A DNA stretch of 64,000 nucleotides from Deltaproteobacteria bacterium. GTDB lineage: Bacteria; Myxococcota_A; Polyangia; Fen-1088. This document shows positions 8,513 to 19,071 of this stretch, piece by piece. The DNA is taken from contig JANRKS010000007.1 of the NCBI GenBank assembly GCA_033763315.1, positions 288,001-352,000 on the forward strand. The letters are read 5' to 3'. The notes beneath the pieces were generated by a model, which was given only the letters and a program-made list of their open reading frames with translations, was not told where the DNA came from and searched no databases. The position numbers were made by a program, and so were the translations under genes. Each line of letters opens with the position of its first letter. Positions within the stretch are counted from its first letter, which is position 1.

Positions 8513-9811
8513 TTAGGGGCGCGCGGCTTCTACCTGTTTGAGGAGCCCCGAAACGATCGCGGCTATGTCTTCGTCATTCACACAGGCGGGCGGCCACGCG
8601 TAAAGTACATCACCAAGCGGACGCAACAGCACACCCGCTTCAAGCGCCACGCGACGCAAATGCAGCGAACGGTTCGCCGCGTACCCTGACACACCGGCTG
8701 ACAGCGGGTGCAGCTCAATCGCAACCACGCCACCCAAGCGACGCACATCTTTGACATGAGGTTCGTTGGCCACGGCCGCGACGCCGTCATAGATGCGGCG
8801 GCCGATGCCTTCCAGCCTCGAGGGCACATCTTCTTTCATCAGAAGTTCGAGCGACGCCAATGCCACCGCGCAAGAGATGGGATTCGCCGTCATCGTGTGG
8901 CCGTGCGGAAAAAACGGTGTGTGTGTGGCCGACGCGAATGTGCGGTACATGCCCTCGGTGGTCAGTGTGGCCGCAAGGGAGGCCATGCCCGCCGTGAGCG
9001 CTTTGGCCACGCAGAGAAAATCGGGGCGAAGGCCAACCTTGTCACACGCGAACACAGCCCCCGTGCGGCCAAAGCCGGTGGCCACTTCATCGGCGATCAA
9101 GAACACATTCGCTTCATCGCACAGAGCGCGGCACGCCGATAAAAACGCGGGTGGGTACATCACCATGCCCGCCGCGGCCTGAAGCAAAGGTTCAACAATA
9201 ACCGCGGCGATAGAATCGCCATGTTGGCGAAGCACGGCGGCCAACGCATCCGGATGCGGCGGCACGCGTTCCACTTGGAAGAACAGCGATGAGAACGGCG
9301 CAAAGTAGGGATCGGGATCGCCCACCGCCATCGCGCCGAAGGTGTCGCCATGGTACGCGCCTTCAAGCGCCACAAACACGCGCCGTTGCGGTTGGCCCCG
9401 CAGAACCCAGGCGTGGTACGCCATCTTCAGCGCCACCTCCACCGCGGTGGAACCGTTCTCCGAGTAGAACACGCGCGACAGCCCCGCGGGCGCCAACGAC
9501 AACAGATGCTGGGCCAACGTCACACCGGGCGCGTGTGTGGCGCCCGCAAACAGCACGTGATCCAGCTGCTTCGCCTGTTTGTGCAGGGCCTCCACCAAGT
9601 AAGGGTGCCCATGGCCGTGCACGCTCGCCCACCAAGAGGCGATGCCGTCGACAATTTCGCGGCCATCAGCCAGCTGCAACCGGGCGCCTTGCGCGCTTTG
9701 CACGACAAGCGGCGGCTCCTCAAAACCATGCCGCGTGTACGGATGCCACACGCACGAAGTGTCTGCCGATAAAAGCCTATCCGCGTCCATGCTGGGGTTC
9801 GCCTGGGTCAC
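8513..9811 (-). CDS. bioA: adenosylmethionine-8-amino-7-oxononanoate aminotransferase
   Basis: WHPYT, DGIASWW, GSTAVEVALKMA, YHGDTFGAM, IADEVATGFGRTG, VAKALTAG, LLRPLG. Confidence 0.94.
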   Translation of the reverse strand: MTQANPSMDADRLLSADTSCVWHPYTRHGFEEPPLVVQSAQGARLQLADGREIVDGIASWWASVHGHGHPYLVEALHKQAKQLDHVLFAGATHAPGVTLAQHLLSLAPAGLSRVFYSENGSTAVEVALKMAYHAWVLRGQPQRRVFVALEGAYHGDTFGAMAVGDPDPYFAPFSSLFFQVERVPPHPDALAAVLRQHGDSIAAVIVEPLLQAAAGMVMYPPAFLSACRALCDEANVFLIADEVATGFGRTGAVFACDKVGLRPDFLCVAKALTAGMASLAATLTTEGMYRTFASATHTPFFPHGHTMTANPISCAVALASLELLMKEDVPSRLEGIGRRIYDGVAAVANEPHVKDVRRLGGVVAIELHPLSAGVSGYAANRSLHLRRVALEAGVLLRPLGDVLYAWPPACVNDEDIAAIVSGLLKQVEAARP

Positions 9812-9882
9812 AGTGAGGGCAAGGGTAGCAGTCGCGCGGGCGCGGGTGCGGGTGAGCCCACTTCGGGTAAACTGTTTTGCTC

Positions 9883-10377
<495 letters not shown>

Positions 10378-10395
10378 ACAGCCGCGACACCTCCG

Positions 10396-10436
10396 TTGAC
10401 GGCCAACGCCGCTCGCAAGCGTTCGTTGGCGGTCAA
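10396..10436. terminator. imperfect inverted repeat between convergent genes
   Basis: TTGACgGCCAACG...CGTTGGCgGTCAA. Confidence 0.4.
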
Positions 10437-10452
10437 GGCGAAAAAGGCCGTG

Positions 10453-11199
10453 CTATTTCGCTTTGCCCTGGTTCGCCACGGCTTCCATTGCTTTGGCGAT
10501 GGCTTCCTGATCGCCCAAGTAATAGTGCTTGAGCGGACGCAGATCTTTATCGAGCTCGTAAACCAGCGGCGTGGCCGTCGGTATGTTGAGGCCCACGATC
10601 TCGTCTTCGGCGATCTTATCGAGGTGTTTCACAAGCGCGCGCAAGCTGTTGCCGTGGGCGGCCACAATCACGCGTTTGCCCGAGCGAATGGCGGGAGCGA
10701 TGTGCTCGTACCAGTAGGGAAGCACGCGTTCCACCGTGTCCTTAAGACATTCGGTGAGCGGCAATTGTTCAGGCAACAACTGATCGTACCGGCGATCGTG
10801 CCCGGGCGCGCGTGGATCGTTGGCCTCCAGCGGCGGCGGCGGCACGTCGTAGCTGCGGCGCCAGATCTTGACCTGCTCGTCGCCAAACTTCGCGGCCATT
10901 TCGCCTTTGTTGAGGCCCTGCAAGTTGCCGTAGTGGCGCTCGTTGAGGCGGTATGAGCGGTGTACGGGGATCCACATCTGGTCCAAGCCGTCCAATGTCA
11001 ACCACAGCGTGCGGATGGCGCGCTTGAGCACCGAGGTGTACGCCACGTCAAAGGCATAACCTTCCTTCTTCAGCAGGTCGCCAGCGGCGCGGGCTTCTTG
11101 CAGACCTTTTTCTGAAAGGTCAACGTCCGTCCAACCTGTGAACCTGTTTTCATTGTTCCAGGTGCTTTCCCCGTGTCGTAGCAGAACCAACTTGTACAT
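10453..11199 (-). CDS. gpmA: 2,3-bisphosphoglycerate-dependent phosphoglycerate mutase
   Basis: [31 protein letters not shown]. Confidence 0.97.
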   Translation of the reverse strand: MYKLVLLRHGESTWNNENRFTGWTDVDLSEKGLQEARAAGDLLKKEGYAFDVAYTSVLKRAIRTLWLTLDGLDQMWIPVHRSYRLNERHYGNLQGLNKGEMAAKFGDEQVKIWRRSYDVPPPPLEANDPRAPGHDRRYDQLLPEQLPLTECLKDTVERVLPYWYEHIAPAIRSGKRVIVAAHGNSLRALVKHLDKIAEDEIVGLNIPTATPLVYELDKDLRPLKHYYLGDQEAIAKAMEAVANQGKAK

Positions 11200-11276
11200 G
11201 TGGCGAATCCTTCCTGAGGGCCGGGCTTAGCACGCGGAGGCCTGCATTTGAAGCCAGCGCTGGCTGCAAACCGATT

Positions 11277-11726
11277 TTAGCTGCTGCTGCCAGGCAGCAC
11301 GTCGATCATCCCTTTGTGTACGGATTCGCCGGCCAGCACCACCACGCGGTCTGGCCATTTCTCTATCTGCAAAAACAGATCCCCTGCGGCGCGGTAACGC
11401 CAGACTTCGCAAGAGCCCGACGTGCGCTCCGGGACCCGCCCATCCACCACCACAGTTGCTGTGCCTGAGAACCTGGGGACATAGGTCTTGCCGCCGTAGG
11501 AGAGTGTGGGGGCCGGGGGCGTTGAGGTCTCCAGGTCGGTCACTTCAGCGAGCAACAGAACGCGATCATCCAAATCGTCCAGCAAAGGCTCAACGAAGCG
11601 CACGTCCGAACCGTCCACCACGCGTGCCAGCGGCAACGTGCGGCCCCCCAGCTTATAGGTCAACACCCCTTGCACAATCCAATCGCGACCTTGGTGGCAC
11701 ACCACATCTTTGATTTGCAGTTTCAT
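11277..11726 (-). CDS. DUF4178-like protein
   Basis: MKLQIKDVV...W.V.G...Y...LQIEKW...LAGE pattern typical of DUF4178. Confidence 0.55.
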   Translation of the reverse strand: MKLQIKDVVCHQGRDWIVQGVLTYKLGGRTLPLARVVDGSDVRFVEPLLDDLDDRVLLLAEVTDLETSTPPAPTLSYGGKTYVPRFSGTATVVVDGRVPERTSGSCEVWRYRAAGDLFLQIEKWPDRVVVLAGESVHKGMIDVLPGSSS

Positions 11727-11867
11727 CTGATTCCTGTCCCTTTTTCCTGCCCAGTATCGCCGCACTTATCAAGTCAAATCACCAACTTCCGTCGAAGCAG
11801 CCGTGTACCGAGCATCCGCCGAAAGTCCATGGTCGCCGTTTGCCGGGGGGGCCGCTACAATGGGGCT

Positions 11868-12968
11868 GTGATACTGGAAGTCATGCGGGTGCTCGACCAC
11901 AAAGGGCACCTTGTTGCCGCGCCCCCTGATGTTGCGAAGCCAGATCTGCAGCGCCTTTATGAAGGCATGCTGAACGTGCGTTTGGTTGATGAGCGTCTTT
12001 TGAAGTTCCAGCGCCAAGGCCGCATCGGGTTTTATCTGACCGCGACCGGTGAAGAAGCCACGCACATTGGGCCCACCTTTGCCCTGCGTCCGTCCGACTG
12101 GATCTACCCCTGTTACCGCGAGATCGGCGCAGCGTTTTTTCGCGGCTATCCTTTGCGAACCTTTCTTTGCCAGTTGTTCGGGAACGAGCAAGATCCCCTG
12201 CACGGGCGACAAATGCCCGTACATCATTCGTCGCGGGCGCAAAACTTCGTCACCATATCCTCGCCCGTGGGCACACAAATCCCCCAGGCCGTGGGCATCG
12301 CGATGGGGGCCAAGCGCCTAGGTAAAGACGACGTTTCGCTGGTTTATTTCGGCGATGGCGCCACCTCCACAGGCGCGTTTCACGTGGCCTGCAATATGGC
12401 GGCGGTCGACAAAGCCCCCGTCATCTTTTTCTGCCGCAACAATGGTTGGGCCATCTCCACGCCCCGGGGCGCGCAAACCGCGACGCCCACCTTGGCGCAA
12501 AAAGCGGTGGCGTACGGTATGCCGGGCGTGTTGGTGGATGGCAACGACGTATTGGCGCTGGTGGCCGCCACCCGCCAGGCGGCGGAGCGAGCGCGGCAAG
12601 GGCTGGGACCCACGCTGATCGAGGCGCGCACGTATCGCGTCGGCGCCCACAGCAGCTCCGATGATCCCCTGGCCTACCGGGATCCAGACGAGCCCCAGCG
12701 CTGGTCAGATCAGGATCCTTTGGTTCGATACCGCAAGTTCCTCGAAAACGAGGGTCTTTGGTCAGCCGACCAGGAAACGGCGTACCGCGCGAACTTTGAG
12801 CGCACATTCTTGGCCACGTTGGCAGACGTGGAGAAAGTGCCACCCCTGCCCGCTCGAAGCACGATGTTCGAGGACGTGTTTTGCAAGGTCCCTTGGCAGC
12901 TGCAAGAGCAAGCCCAGGAGCTGGAAGCCCAAGTGGCGCGCCACGGTAGCCAGGTTAGGCACTCGTAA
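11868..12968 (+). CDS. bkdA: 2-oxoacid (branched-chain type) dehydrogenase E1 alpha subunit
   Basis: RQGRIGFY, GRQMPVH, SSPVGTQIPQAVG, ThDP motif GDGATS..NN, HSSSDDP; start could be GTG 11868 or ATG 11883. Confidence 0.85.
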   Translation: MILEVMRVLDHKGHLVAAPPDVAKPDLQRLYEGMLNVRLVDERLLKFQRQGRIGFYLTATGEEATHIGPTFALRPSDWIYPCYREIGAAFFRGYPLRTFLCQLFGNEQDPLHGRQMPVHHSSRAQNFVTISSPVGTQIPQAVGIAMGAKRLGKDDVSLVYFGDGATSTGAFHVACNMAAVDKAPVIFFCRNNGWAISTPRGAQTATPTLAQKAVAYGMPGVLVDGNDVLALVAATRQAAERARQGLGPTLIEARTYRVGAHSSSDDPLAYRDPDEPQRWSDQDPLVRYRKFLENEGLWSADQETAYRANFERTFLATLADVEKVPPLPARSTMFEDVFCKVPWQLQEQAQELEAQVARHGSQVRHS

Positions 12969-13058
12969 CGCGACCCTAACGAACGGCGATGTTCGACCCG
13001 CATAGCGGCATATCGCCTAGGCCGCGGGACAATTCCATAGTAGTCTCGCTATCTAACG

Positions 13059-15782
13059 ATGGCTGCCCACACTCTGCTTTGTGTCGAGCCCGATGAGGCC
13101 ACGTTGGCGATCATAAGGGCCACCCTTGAGCCCCAAGGCTTCCGGATCACCAACATTACGAACGGCGAAGAAGCCGTGGCCTGGGGGCGTCAAAACCTGC
13201 CTGCTTTGGTGATTGTGTCTGTTGAACCGCGCAAGGTGGGTTACGCCATCTGCAACAAGTTCAAACGCAGCCCCGAGCTCAAAGACATACCCCTTATCCT
13301 GACCTCAGGAGAGGAGACGCCTCAGCAGCTGGAACAGCACCGCAAGCTCAAGGTCAAAGCCAACGAGTATTTGGTTAAACCTTTCTCACAACGCGATTTG
13401 CTCGAAAAAGTACGTGAGGTTTTTCCATTGGACGCAAATGATTCCCCGTTTGGCGTTTCCGAACTGCGTGACGGCCAGGAAGACGACGATATTTTGTTGT
13501 CGTCAGACGTCTTGGAAGAAATCTCCATCGGCGACAGTGACATCGTGGGCACGGACGATGGCGACGATGACACAGGCGATGTGGTGATTGAAGCCGAAGA
13601 CTTCAACGATGAATCCACCCAAGCCGTCGCGCCCCAATCGCTCAATGTATTTGATCAGGAAACGGACGCCGCTTTCGCCGCGATCGCAACCGAAACGCCG
13701 CCTCTGCCCCCAGCCGGAGGGTTCGACAACGCACCTTGGAACGTAGACGCAGCGGCCTGGGAGGCCGAGGCCACCAATGCGGCTGATCTGCGTGAGGAAG
13801 AAGTTGAAGACGCGCTCGCGAAGCTGACGGAACCGGAAGCCACCCGGGGCGGCATCGTGGGCTCTGAACTGTTCGCGTCCACGCAGTTGCCGACCCGCGC
13901 AGTTGGCGCTGACGAGGTTGAGATTGAGGCGGAATCCGAATTCGACGACCACCGGGACGGCAGCCGAAGTGCCCGCACCGAAAGCCCCGCGCCGCAGCCA
14001 CCAAAGGTGACGCCGGCCGAGGATCCGACGCCAGGGCCAGCCTCAATGTCGTCATCCTTCGATGACGATGACGATGAAGCGCCCGCGATGGCAGGCACGG
14101 CAGAGGCGGCACAAGCGACAGCCCCGCCATCGGCGCCTGGCGTTTCATCGAAGGAGATGGAGGCCTTGGCCCAAGAGCTAACCTCGCTGCAAGAACAAGC
14201 CGAGGCGCTACGCAAAGAGCGCGACGAACTGCAACGTGAACTTTCAGGCGCGGCGTCGGCCAAGTCCACACTGGCGGATCAACTCGCGGCCGTGGCTTCA
14301 GAACGCGACCAGTTGGCTGCACAAACGCAGCATCTGGTGGGGGAAAAAGAAGCGCTGTCCCGCGAGATCGACGACATCAAGAGTCGCCCCCAAAGCGCGG
14401 CCTCGGCACGCGACCGCGAAATCTTGAATCTGCGTGAGGTGATCAACAAGAAGGAACGTGACCTTCTGGATATGCGGGATCAGCTCGACGCCAAAGAGCG
14501 GCTGATCCTCGATCACAAGGATCGCATTCGTGAAAACGAACGTACGCGCCGCGATCTGGAAGACAAGAGCTTGGGCCTTGAAAAGGCCCTGATGGATTCC
14601 AACGAACGCGTTGAAGCCATCACCGCCGACAAACAAAAGGGCGCCGAACGCGAGCGCATTTTGAAGGCGCGTTTGGACGACGCCCACGTCGAGATCCAAA
14701 AAGCGCACGACGAAGTTGAAACGCTGAAAAAGCGCGGCGTGGCCACGGAAGAACGCCTCCGCGGGGAGATGGACCGGCTGCGTGGTGAACTTGAGGGTCG
14801 CATCCTTGAAATGGAGGAGGCGCACCGCAACGAACTGCTGCAAGCCGCGGAAGAGCGCGCGAACTTCGAGGCCACGCAGGAACAAGAGCATCGCGAAGAA
14901 CTGGCGCGGCTGCGCTCAGCACAGGCGGCCGAGCTTGAGAACACGATCAAGAAGGCCGCCGATGAGTTGGCGGGCCTCGACGAGCGTATGCAGGCGGAAC
15001 TGCTGCGCACGCGCAAAGACCACGATAAATCCGTGGCCTCGCTCAAGGAAGAACACGCGCTGCAGTTGGCCGCCGAACGCGAAGCGCATCAAAGCGCGCT
15101 TGAGGCCAAAGAGCGCGATCACCGCAATGAGATCTTGGGCATGCGGCGCCGTCACGAAGACGAGCTGCGGGCGGCAGATGAACGCCGCCAAAAAGAGCTC
15201 GAAGAGCAAGAGATCCGCTTCAAGATCGAAATGGACGTGGCGGAGAACCGCCGCCGCGCGGAGCTGCAGGCACGCGACGAACAGCACAGCACGCAGGTGG
15301 CCGATATGGACCGCCGGCACTTCGAAGAGAAAACGAAGACGGCCGAACGCCACCGCAGCGATATGGACGAGGCGCATGCCCGTGCCGCCCGTGCCGAAGG
15401 AGATCTCGCCGCCCGCACCGAGGAGCTTTCAGAAGCGCACCGGCGCATCTCGGGCCTGGAGGCGGACCTCGACGCCACACGCGCCGACCTCCGCGACCGC
15501 GACGTGAAACTGTCACAAGCGAACCTGCGTGTGGCTGAGCTTGAAACCAAAACCACAGGCTACGAAGAGCAAATCATGCGCTCGTACCAGCGATTGCGCA
15601 GCGACGACAAGGTGATCGAAAAGGCAAAGCGCGCCTTGGCAGTGGCATTGTCCTTGCTTGAAGAACGTGGCGTGGCACCAGCACAGGTACAGACGATTGA
15701 TGAGGACACGCAACGCCGAGAAGCAGAGGTTCCAGCTGTGCCCCCTGACGTCCCGGCTCTGACGGGGGACGGAGCTGAGTAA
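13059..15782 (+). CDS. frzS: FrzS-like pseudo-receiver, acidic linker and long coiled coil
   Basis: Receiver lacks the phospho-Asp (VIVSVEP) and carries GYAICNKFK...QHRKLKVKANEYLVKPF, resembling FrzS QHRKLKAHADEYVAKP; about 500 aa of E/R/K/L coiled coil follows. Confidence 0.7.
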   Translation: MAAHTLLCVEPDEATLAIIRATLEPQGFRITNITNGEEAVAWGRQNLPALVIVSVEPRKVGYAICNKFKRSPELKDIPLILTSGEETPQQLEQHRKLKVKANEYLVKPFSQRDLLEKVREVFPLDANDSPFGVSELRDGQEDDDILLSSDVLEEISIGDSDIVGTDDGDDDTGDVVIEAEDFNDESTQAVAPQSLNVFDQETDAAFAAIATETPPLPPAGGFDNAPWNVDAAAWEAEATNAADLREEEVEDALAKLTEPEATRGGIVGSELFASTQLPTRAVGADEVEIEAESEFDDHRDGSRSARTESPAPQPPKVTPAEDPTPGPASMSSSFDDDDDEAPAMAGTAEAAQATAPPSAPGVSSKEMEALAQELTSLQEQAEALRKERDELQRELSGAASAKSTLADQLAAVASERDQLAAQTQHLVGEKEALSREIDDIKSRPQSAASARDREILNLREVINKKERDLLDMRDQLDAKERLILDHKDRIRENERTRRDLEDKSLGLEKALMDSNERVEAITADKQKGAERERILKARLDDAHVEIQKAHDEVETLKKRGVATEERLRGEMDRLRGELEGRILEMEEAHRNELLQAAEERANFEATQEQEHREELARLRSAQAAELENTIKKAADELAGLDERMQAELLRTRKDHDKSVASLKEEHALQLAAEREAHQSALEAKERDHRNEILGMRRRHEDELRAADERRQKELEEQEIRFKIEMDVAENRRRAELQARDEQHSTQVADMDRRHFEEKTKTAERHRSDMDEAHARAARAEGDLAARTEELSEAHRRISGLEADLDATRADLRDRDVKLSQANLRVAELETKTTGYEEQIMRSYQRLRSDDKVIEKAKRALAVALSLLEERGVAPAQVQTIDEDTQRREAEVPAVPPDVPALTGDGAE

Positions 15783-17436
15783 AGACGCGCAAGGCCTTAC
15801 CGGCCATTTATCAGGGCTCAAGACAAGCGAGCTCAACGCACTCGAACGTATCTATCGCCGTCACATTCCGCCCACAGAAGTGGTGACGGACGAACTCGCG
15901 GGTTACATGTGCAAACTCTCGCGCGACATGCAGCGCCAGGTGGGCTTCTTGTGCAACCGGCGCGGCGAGATCGAGCATGTGTTCGTAGGCGATTCGTCGA
16001 AACTCATGCTCCCCGACTTCGGGCGTCTGCGCGCCGGCCGCGGGCGCTTTCGCGGCTTGCGCCTGGTGCACACGCATTTGCGTAACGAATCGCTGACCCG
16101 CGATGATCTCGTAGATCTGGCGTTGTTGCGCTTGGATCTGGTGGCCGCGGTGGGCGTTACCAACGACGGACGCCCCGCCGATCTTCATCTGGCGCATCTG
16201 CTGCCTTCGGGGCAATCGCCGTGGCAGATTCTTCCGCCGGAAAATTTTCACCGCGCGCACGTAGACGCGCAGGCGCTGATCGAATCGCTTGAGCGCGAAT
16301 TCGACCGTGTGGCTCCAACCACACAAGCCAACAAAAGCAAGGATCGCGCGGTCCTTGTCATTGTTGACGTGGGCCGCAAGGGCCACCACGACGCCAGCAC
16401 CATGACCGTGGAGCAGCGTCAGGCGGAGTTGGAAGAGTTGTGCAAGACCGCAGGCGTCGCTGTGATGGGCGTCATCACGCAGAAACGGCCGGTGGCCGAT
16501 CCGAAGTACCTCGTGGGGCGCGGCAAGCTCGAAGACGTTCTCGTGCGTGGCATGCAAGAAGACGCGACGCTGTTGGTGTTTGATCCTGAGCTTACGCCAG
16601 GGCAAGCCCACGCGATCGGTGACTTCACCGACATCAAGGTCATCGATCGCACCATGTTGATCCTCGACATCTTCGCGCAGCGGGCGAAGAGCCGCGACGG
16701 CAAGCTGCAAGTGGAATTGGCGCAGCTCAAATACATGCTGCCGCGTTTGCAAGAAAAGAACACCATGATGAGCCGCCTCACGGGCGGCATCGGTGGACGC
16801 GGCCCTGGCGAAACGAAGCTTGAAATCAACCGCCGGCGTGCGCGCGAGCGTATCCATCGCCTTGAACAAGAAATCGAGAAGTACGGCGAGCAGCGTACGG
16901 CGCGACGCCAGGTGCGCAGCGAGAAGGGGTTGCCCGTGGTGGCGATCGTGGGCTACACAAACGCCGGTAAATCAACGCTGCTCAACAGCCTCACGCGCAG
17001 TGACGTGGTGGCCGAAGACAAACTATTCGCCACACTCGATCCGACCACGCGCCGTTTGCGTTTTCCGAAAGAGCGCGAAATCATCATCGCCGATACAGTG
17101 GGATTCATCCGCGATTTGCCGCTTGATTTGGCCCGGGCGTTTCGCGCCACTCTTGAAGAATTGGCCGAAGCCGATTTGCTGCTGCACGTGGTGGATGCCT
17201 CAGATGATAAACGAGATCAACAGATCGCCGCGGTGGAGCGCATCTTGGGCGACCTGGGTTATGGCGAAACCCCACGGTTGATGGTCTACAACAAGATGGA
17301 TCGCCTCACGCCGGATCAAGTGGACGTGGTCAACAGCATGACGGGCGTACTTGGCATCTCTGCCTTGCATCCCGAAACGGCTCAACCGCTGCTCGATGCC
17401 GTTGAAGACAAGTTGTGGGCCCGCCGCGCGCACTAG
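15775..17436 (+). CDS. hflX: GTPase HflX (long N-terminal form)
   Basis: IDRT.LILDIFAQRA, GRGPGETKLE, GYTNAGKS, LFATLDPT, DTVGFI, NKMD. The conserved-looking N-terminus GLKTSELNALERIYRR lies upstream of the track start at 15880, implying a CTG start at 15775. Confidence 0.93.
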   Translation: MSKDAQGLTGHLSGLKTSELNALERIYRRHIPPTEVVTDELAGYMCKLSRDMQRQVGFLCNRRGEIEHVFVGDSSKLMLPDFGRLRAGRGRFRGLRLVHTHLRNESLTRDDLVDLALLRLDLVAAVGVTNDGRPADLHLAHLLPSGQSPWQILPPENFHRAHVDAQALIESLEREFDRVAPTTQANKSKDRAVLVIVDVGRKGHHDASTMTVEQRQAELEELCKTAGVAVMGVITQKRPVADPKYLVGRGKLEDVLVRGMQEDATLLVFDPELTPGQAHAIGDFTDIKVIDRTMLILDIFAQRAKSRDGKLQVELAQLKYMLPRLQEKNTMMSRLTGGIGGRGPGETKLEINRRRARERIHRLEQEIEKYGEQRTARRQVRSEKGLPVVAIVGYTNAGKSTLLNSLTRSDVVAEDKLFATLDPTTRRLRFPKEREIIIADTVGFIRDLPLDLARAFRATLEELAEADLLLHVVDASDDKRDQQIAAVERILGDLGYGETPRLMVYNKMDRLTPDQVDVVNSMTGVLGISALHPETAQPLLDAVEDKLWARRAH

Positions 17437-17449
17437 CCACGGACGGCTC

Positions 17450-18175
17450 TCACTCATCGGGAGATGCCAGCACCTTCACTTTGCCGTCTTGCACCGTCAC
17501 CTGGAGCTTGGCGCGCCCGGCTTTGGCTTCAGCGAGAACTTTTTCGATTTGCGGGCGCAGCCGCTCCGCCAGCTCCTCTAACGGCTTCGCGGGACGCGTG
17601 TCTCCCACCTGCGCACGGGCACGGTTGTATTCGTCATAGAACAGCTTCAGTTGCGGCAGGGTCACGCCCGGAATGGGCGCGGGAGGTTTTGCGGCAGGGG
17701 CGGGCGCTGCGGTCGCTGCGCCTTTGGCTTCACGCTCTTCCACAAGACGGTTCTGGCGCGCGACGAATTGTTTGACCCGGACAGCGGGGATGCCCATGGC
17801 GATGGCCTGAGCGTCCGTGAGCTTGCCGCCCACCTCCGCTAGGTGTCGCTGCACCTTCTGCAGATCGCGTTGGTACGTGCCTTGTTCGATCTCTCGCTGG
17901 ATCCGGTTCCACTGCGCGGTGTACGTGATCCAGCGCTGCAGCAGCGACTGAAACCGAAACCTCAGTGTGGCTTTGCCTATGTTCAGCTGCTGCGTAAGCG
18001 TGATGAGCCGGTTCATTTCACGCCGCTGCACGAGCGGCATTTGCTTCTCCATGCCCGAGAAGAACGATTCGTACATGGTCTTGAGCCGCTCGAAACGTTT
18101 CTCCAGTTGCTCAAGATGAGCTTCAAGCGCTTCCGGCTCGTCTTCAAGCGGGTTGCTCTGCTTCTTCTTCAGCAC
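17450..18175 (-). CDS. MXAN_5187 C-terminal-domain-like protein
   Basis: LK..YESFFSG.EK..P...LRFRFQSL..RW.TY..QW.R..REIEQGTY pattern seen in myxobacterial proteins. Confidence 0.6.
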   Translation of the reverse strand: MLKKKQSNPLEDEPEALEAHLEQLEKRFERLKTMYESFFSGMEKQMPLVQRREMNRLITLTQQLNIGKATLRFRFQSLLQRWITYTAQWNRIQREIEQGTYQRDLQKVQRHLAEVGGKLTDAQAIAMGIPAVRVKQFVARQNRLVEEREAKGAATAAPAPAAKPPAPIPGVTLPQLKLFYDEYNRARAQVGDTRPAKPLEELAERLRPQIEKVLAEAKAGRAKLQVTVQDGKVKVLASPDE

Positions 18176-18279
18176 CTCATGATTGTATCGCTATTGGCCT
18201 GTCGGCGCGCGGGGGGGCGCCAAAACGCCGACCCTAGGGTGGGCGTCGGGGCGATTTTGTGCAATACGGGAGGAGTCAC

Positions 18280-19071
18280 GTGACCTTCGTTCCTCGCCGC
18301 CTCGCGCCCTTGCTATGGCTCGCCGCCTTCGGGCCCGCGCTCGCGCTGGCATCAGGCTGCGTGGGCGAGGCCGAACACCTCGAAGCCAAGGGCAACGTCT
18401 TGTTGCGACAAGGCAGCGTCGCGGGCGCCCTAACACTGTTTCGGGCGGCCGCGGCACAAGCGCCCACAAAGGAAGAGAGCTCACTACGCCTGGGCAATGC
18501 GTTATTTCGGGCTCAGCGGTTTGCAGAGGCCGAGGCCGCCTACGGACGGGCGCGGGTACTCGCGAAGGACGCCTGCACGGCTGAACGGCCGCTTGCGCAG
18601 CTTTTGGCCCAGCAGGGCCGCCTAGACGCCGCCGAGTCGACCCTGTTTTCGTGCCTCACCCGCAAGCCCGACGACCTTGACGCGCGGCTGGCGCTGGGCC
18701 TCATTCGGTTAGACCGAGGTGATTTGGCGTCGGCCGGCGCCGCGTTCGACGCCGTTCTGAAACGCAGCCCACGCCACCCAGCCGCGCTTTACGCGCGCGC
18801 CCGCTTGGCGCTGCACAAGGGCCAACTTGCAGAAGCCGACGAGCTGTTCGTGCGATTGGAGAAGGCCCAACCCCGTAAGCCCTACGGCAGTTACGGCCGC
18901 GGGGTTGTCGCCACACGGCGACGTGCGTTCGAGCAAGCATGCACGCACCTGCGGCGCGCCCAATCGCACGGCCTGTCACGTCACGTTTGGGAACACCTGC
19001 GCTCCGACCGGCAGCTGGCCAACGCTGCATCGCTGCCGTGCTTAAGCGTCACCGCGGGGGAGCCAGGATGA
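18280..19071 (+). CDS. TPR lipoprotein
   Basis: GGAG RBS before GTG, lipobox LASGC, several TPR-like helical repeats. Confidence 0.75.
   Translation: MTFVPRRLAPLLWLAAFGPALALASGCVGEAEHLEAKGNVLLRQGSVAGALTLFRAAAAQAPTKEESSLRLGNALFRAQRFAEAEAAYGRARVLAKDACTAERPLAQLLAQQGRLDAAESTLFSCLTRKPDDLDARLALGLIRLDRGDLASAGAAFDAVLKRSPRHPAALYARARLALHKGQLAEADELFVRLEKAQPRKPYGSYGRGVVATRRRAFEQACTHLRRAQSHGLSRHVWEHLRSDRQLANAASLPCLSVTAGEPG

Noticed and set aside
11252-11265. Perfect palindrome AGCCAGCGCTGGCT
   Set aside because: Short, GC-rich and just downstream of a stop codon; most simply a terminator stem or chance.
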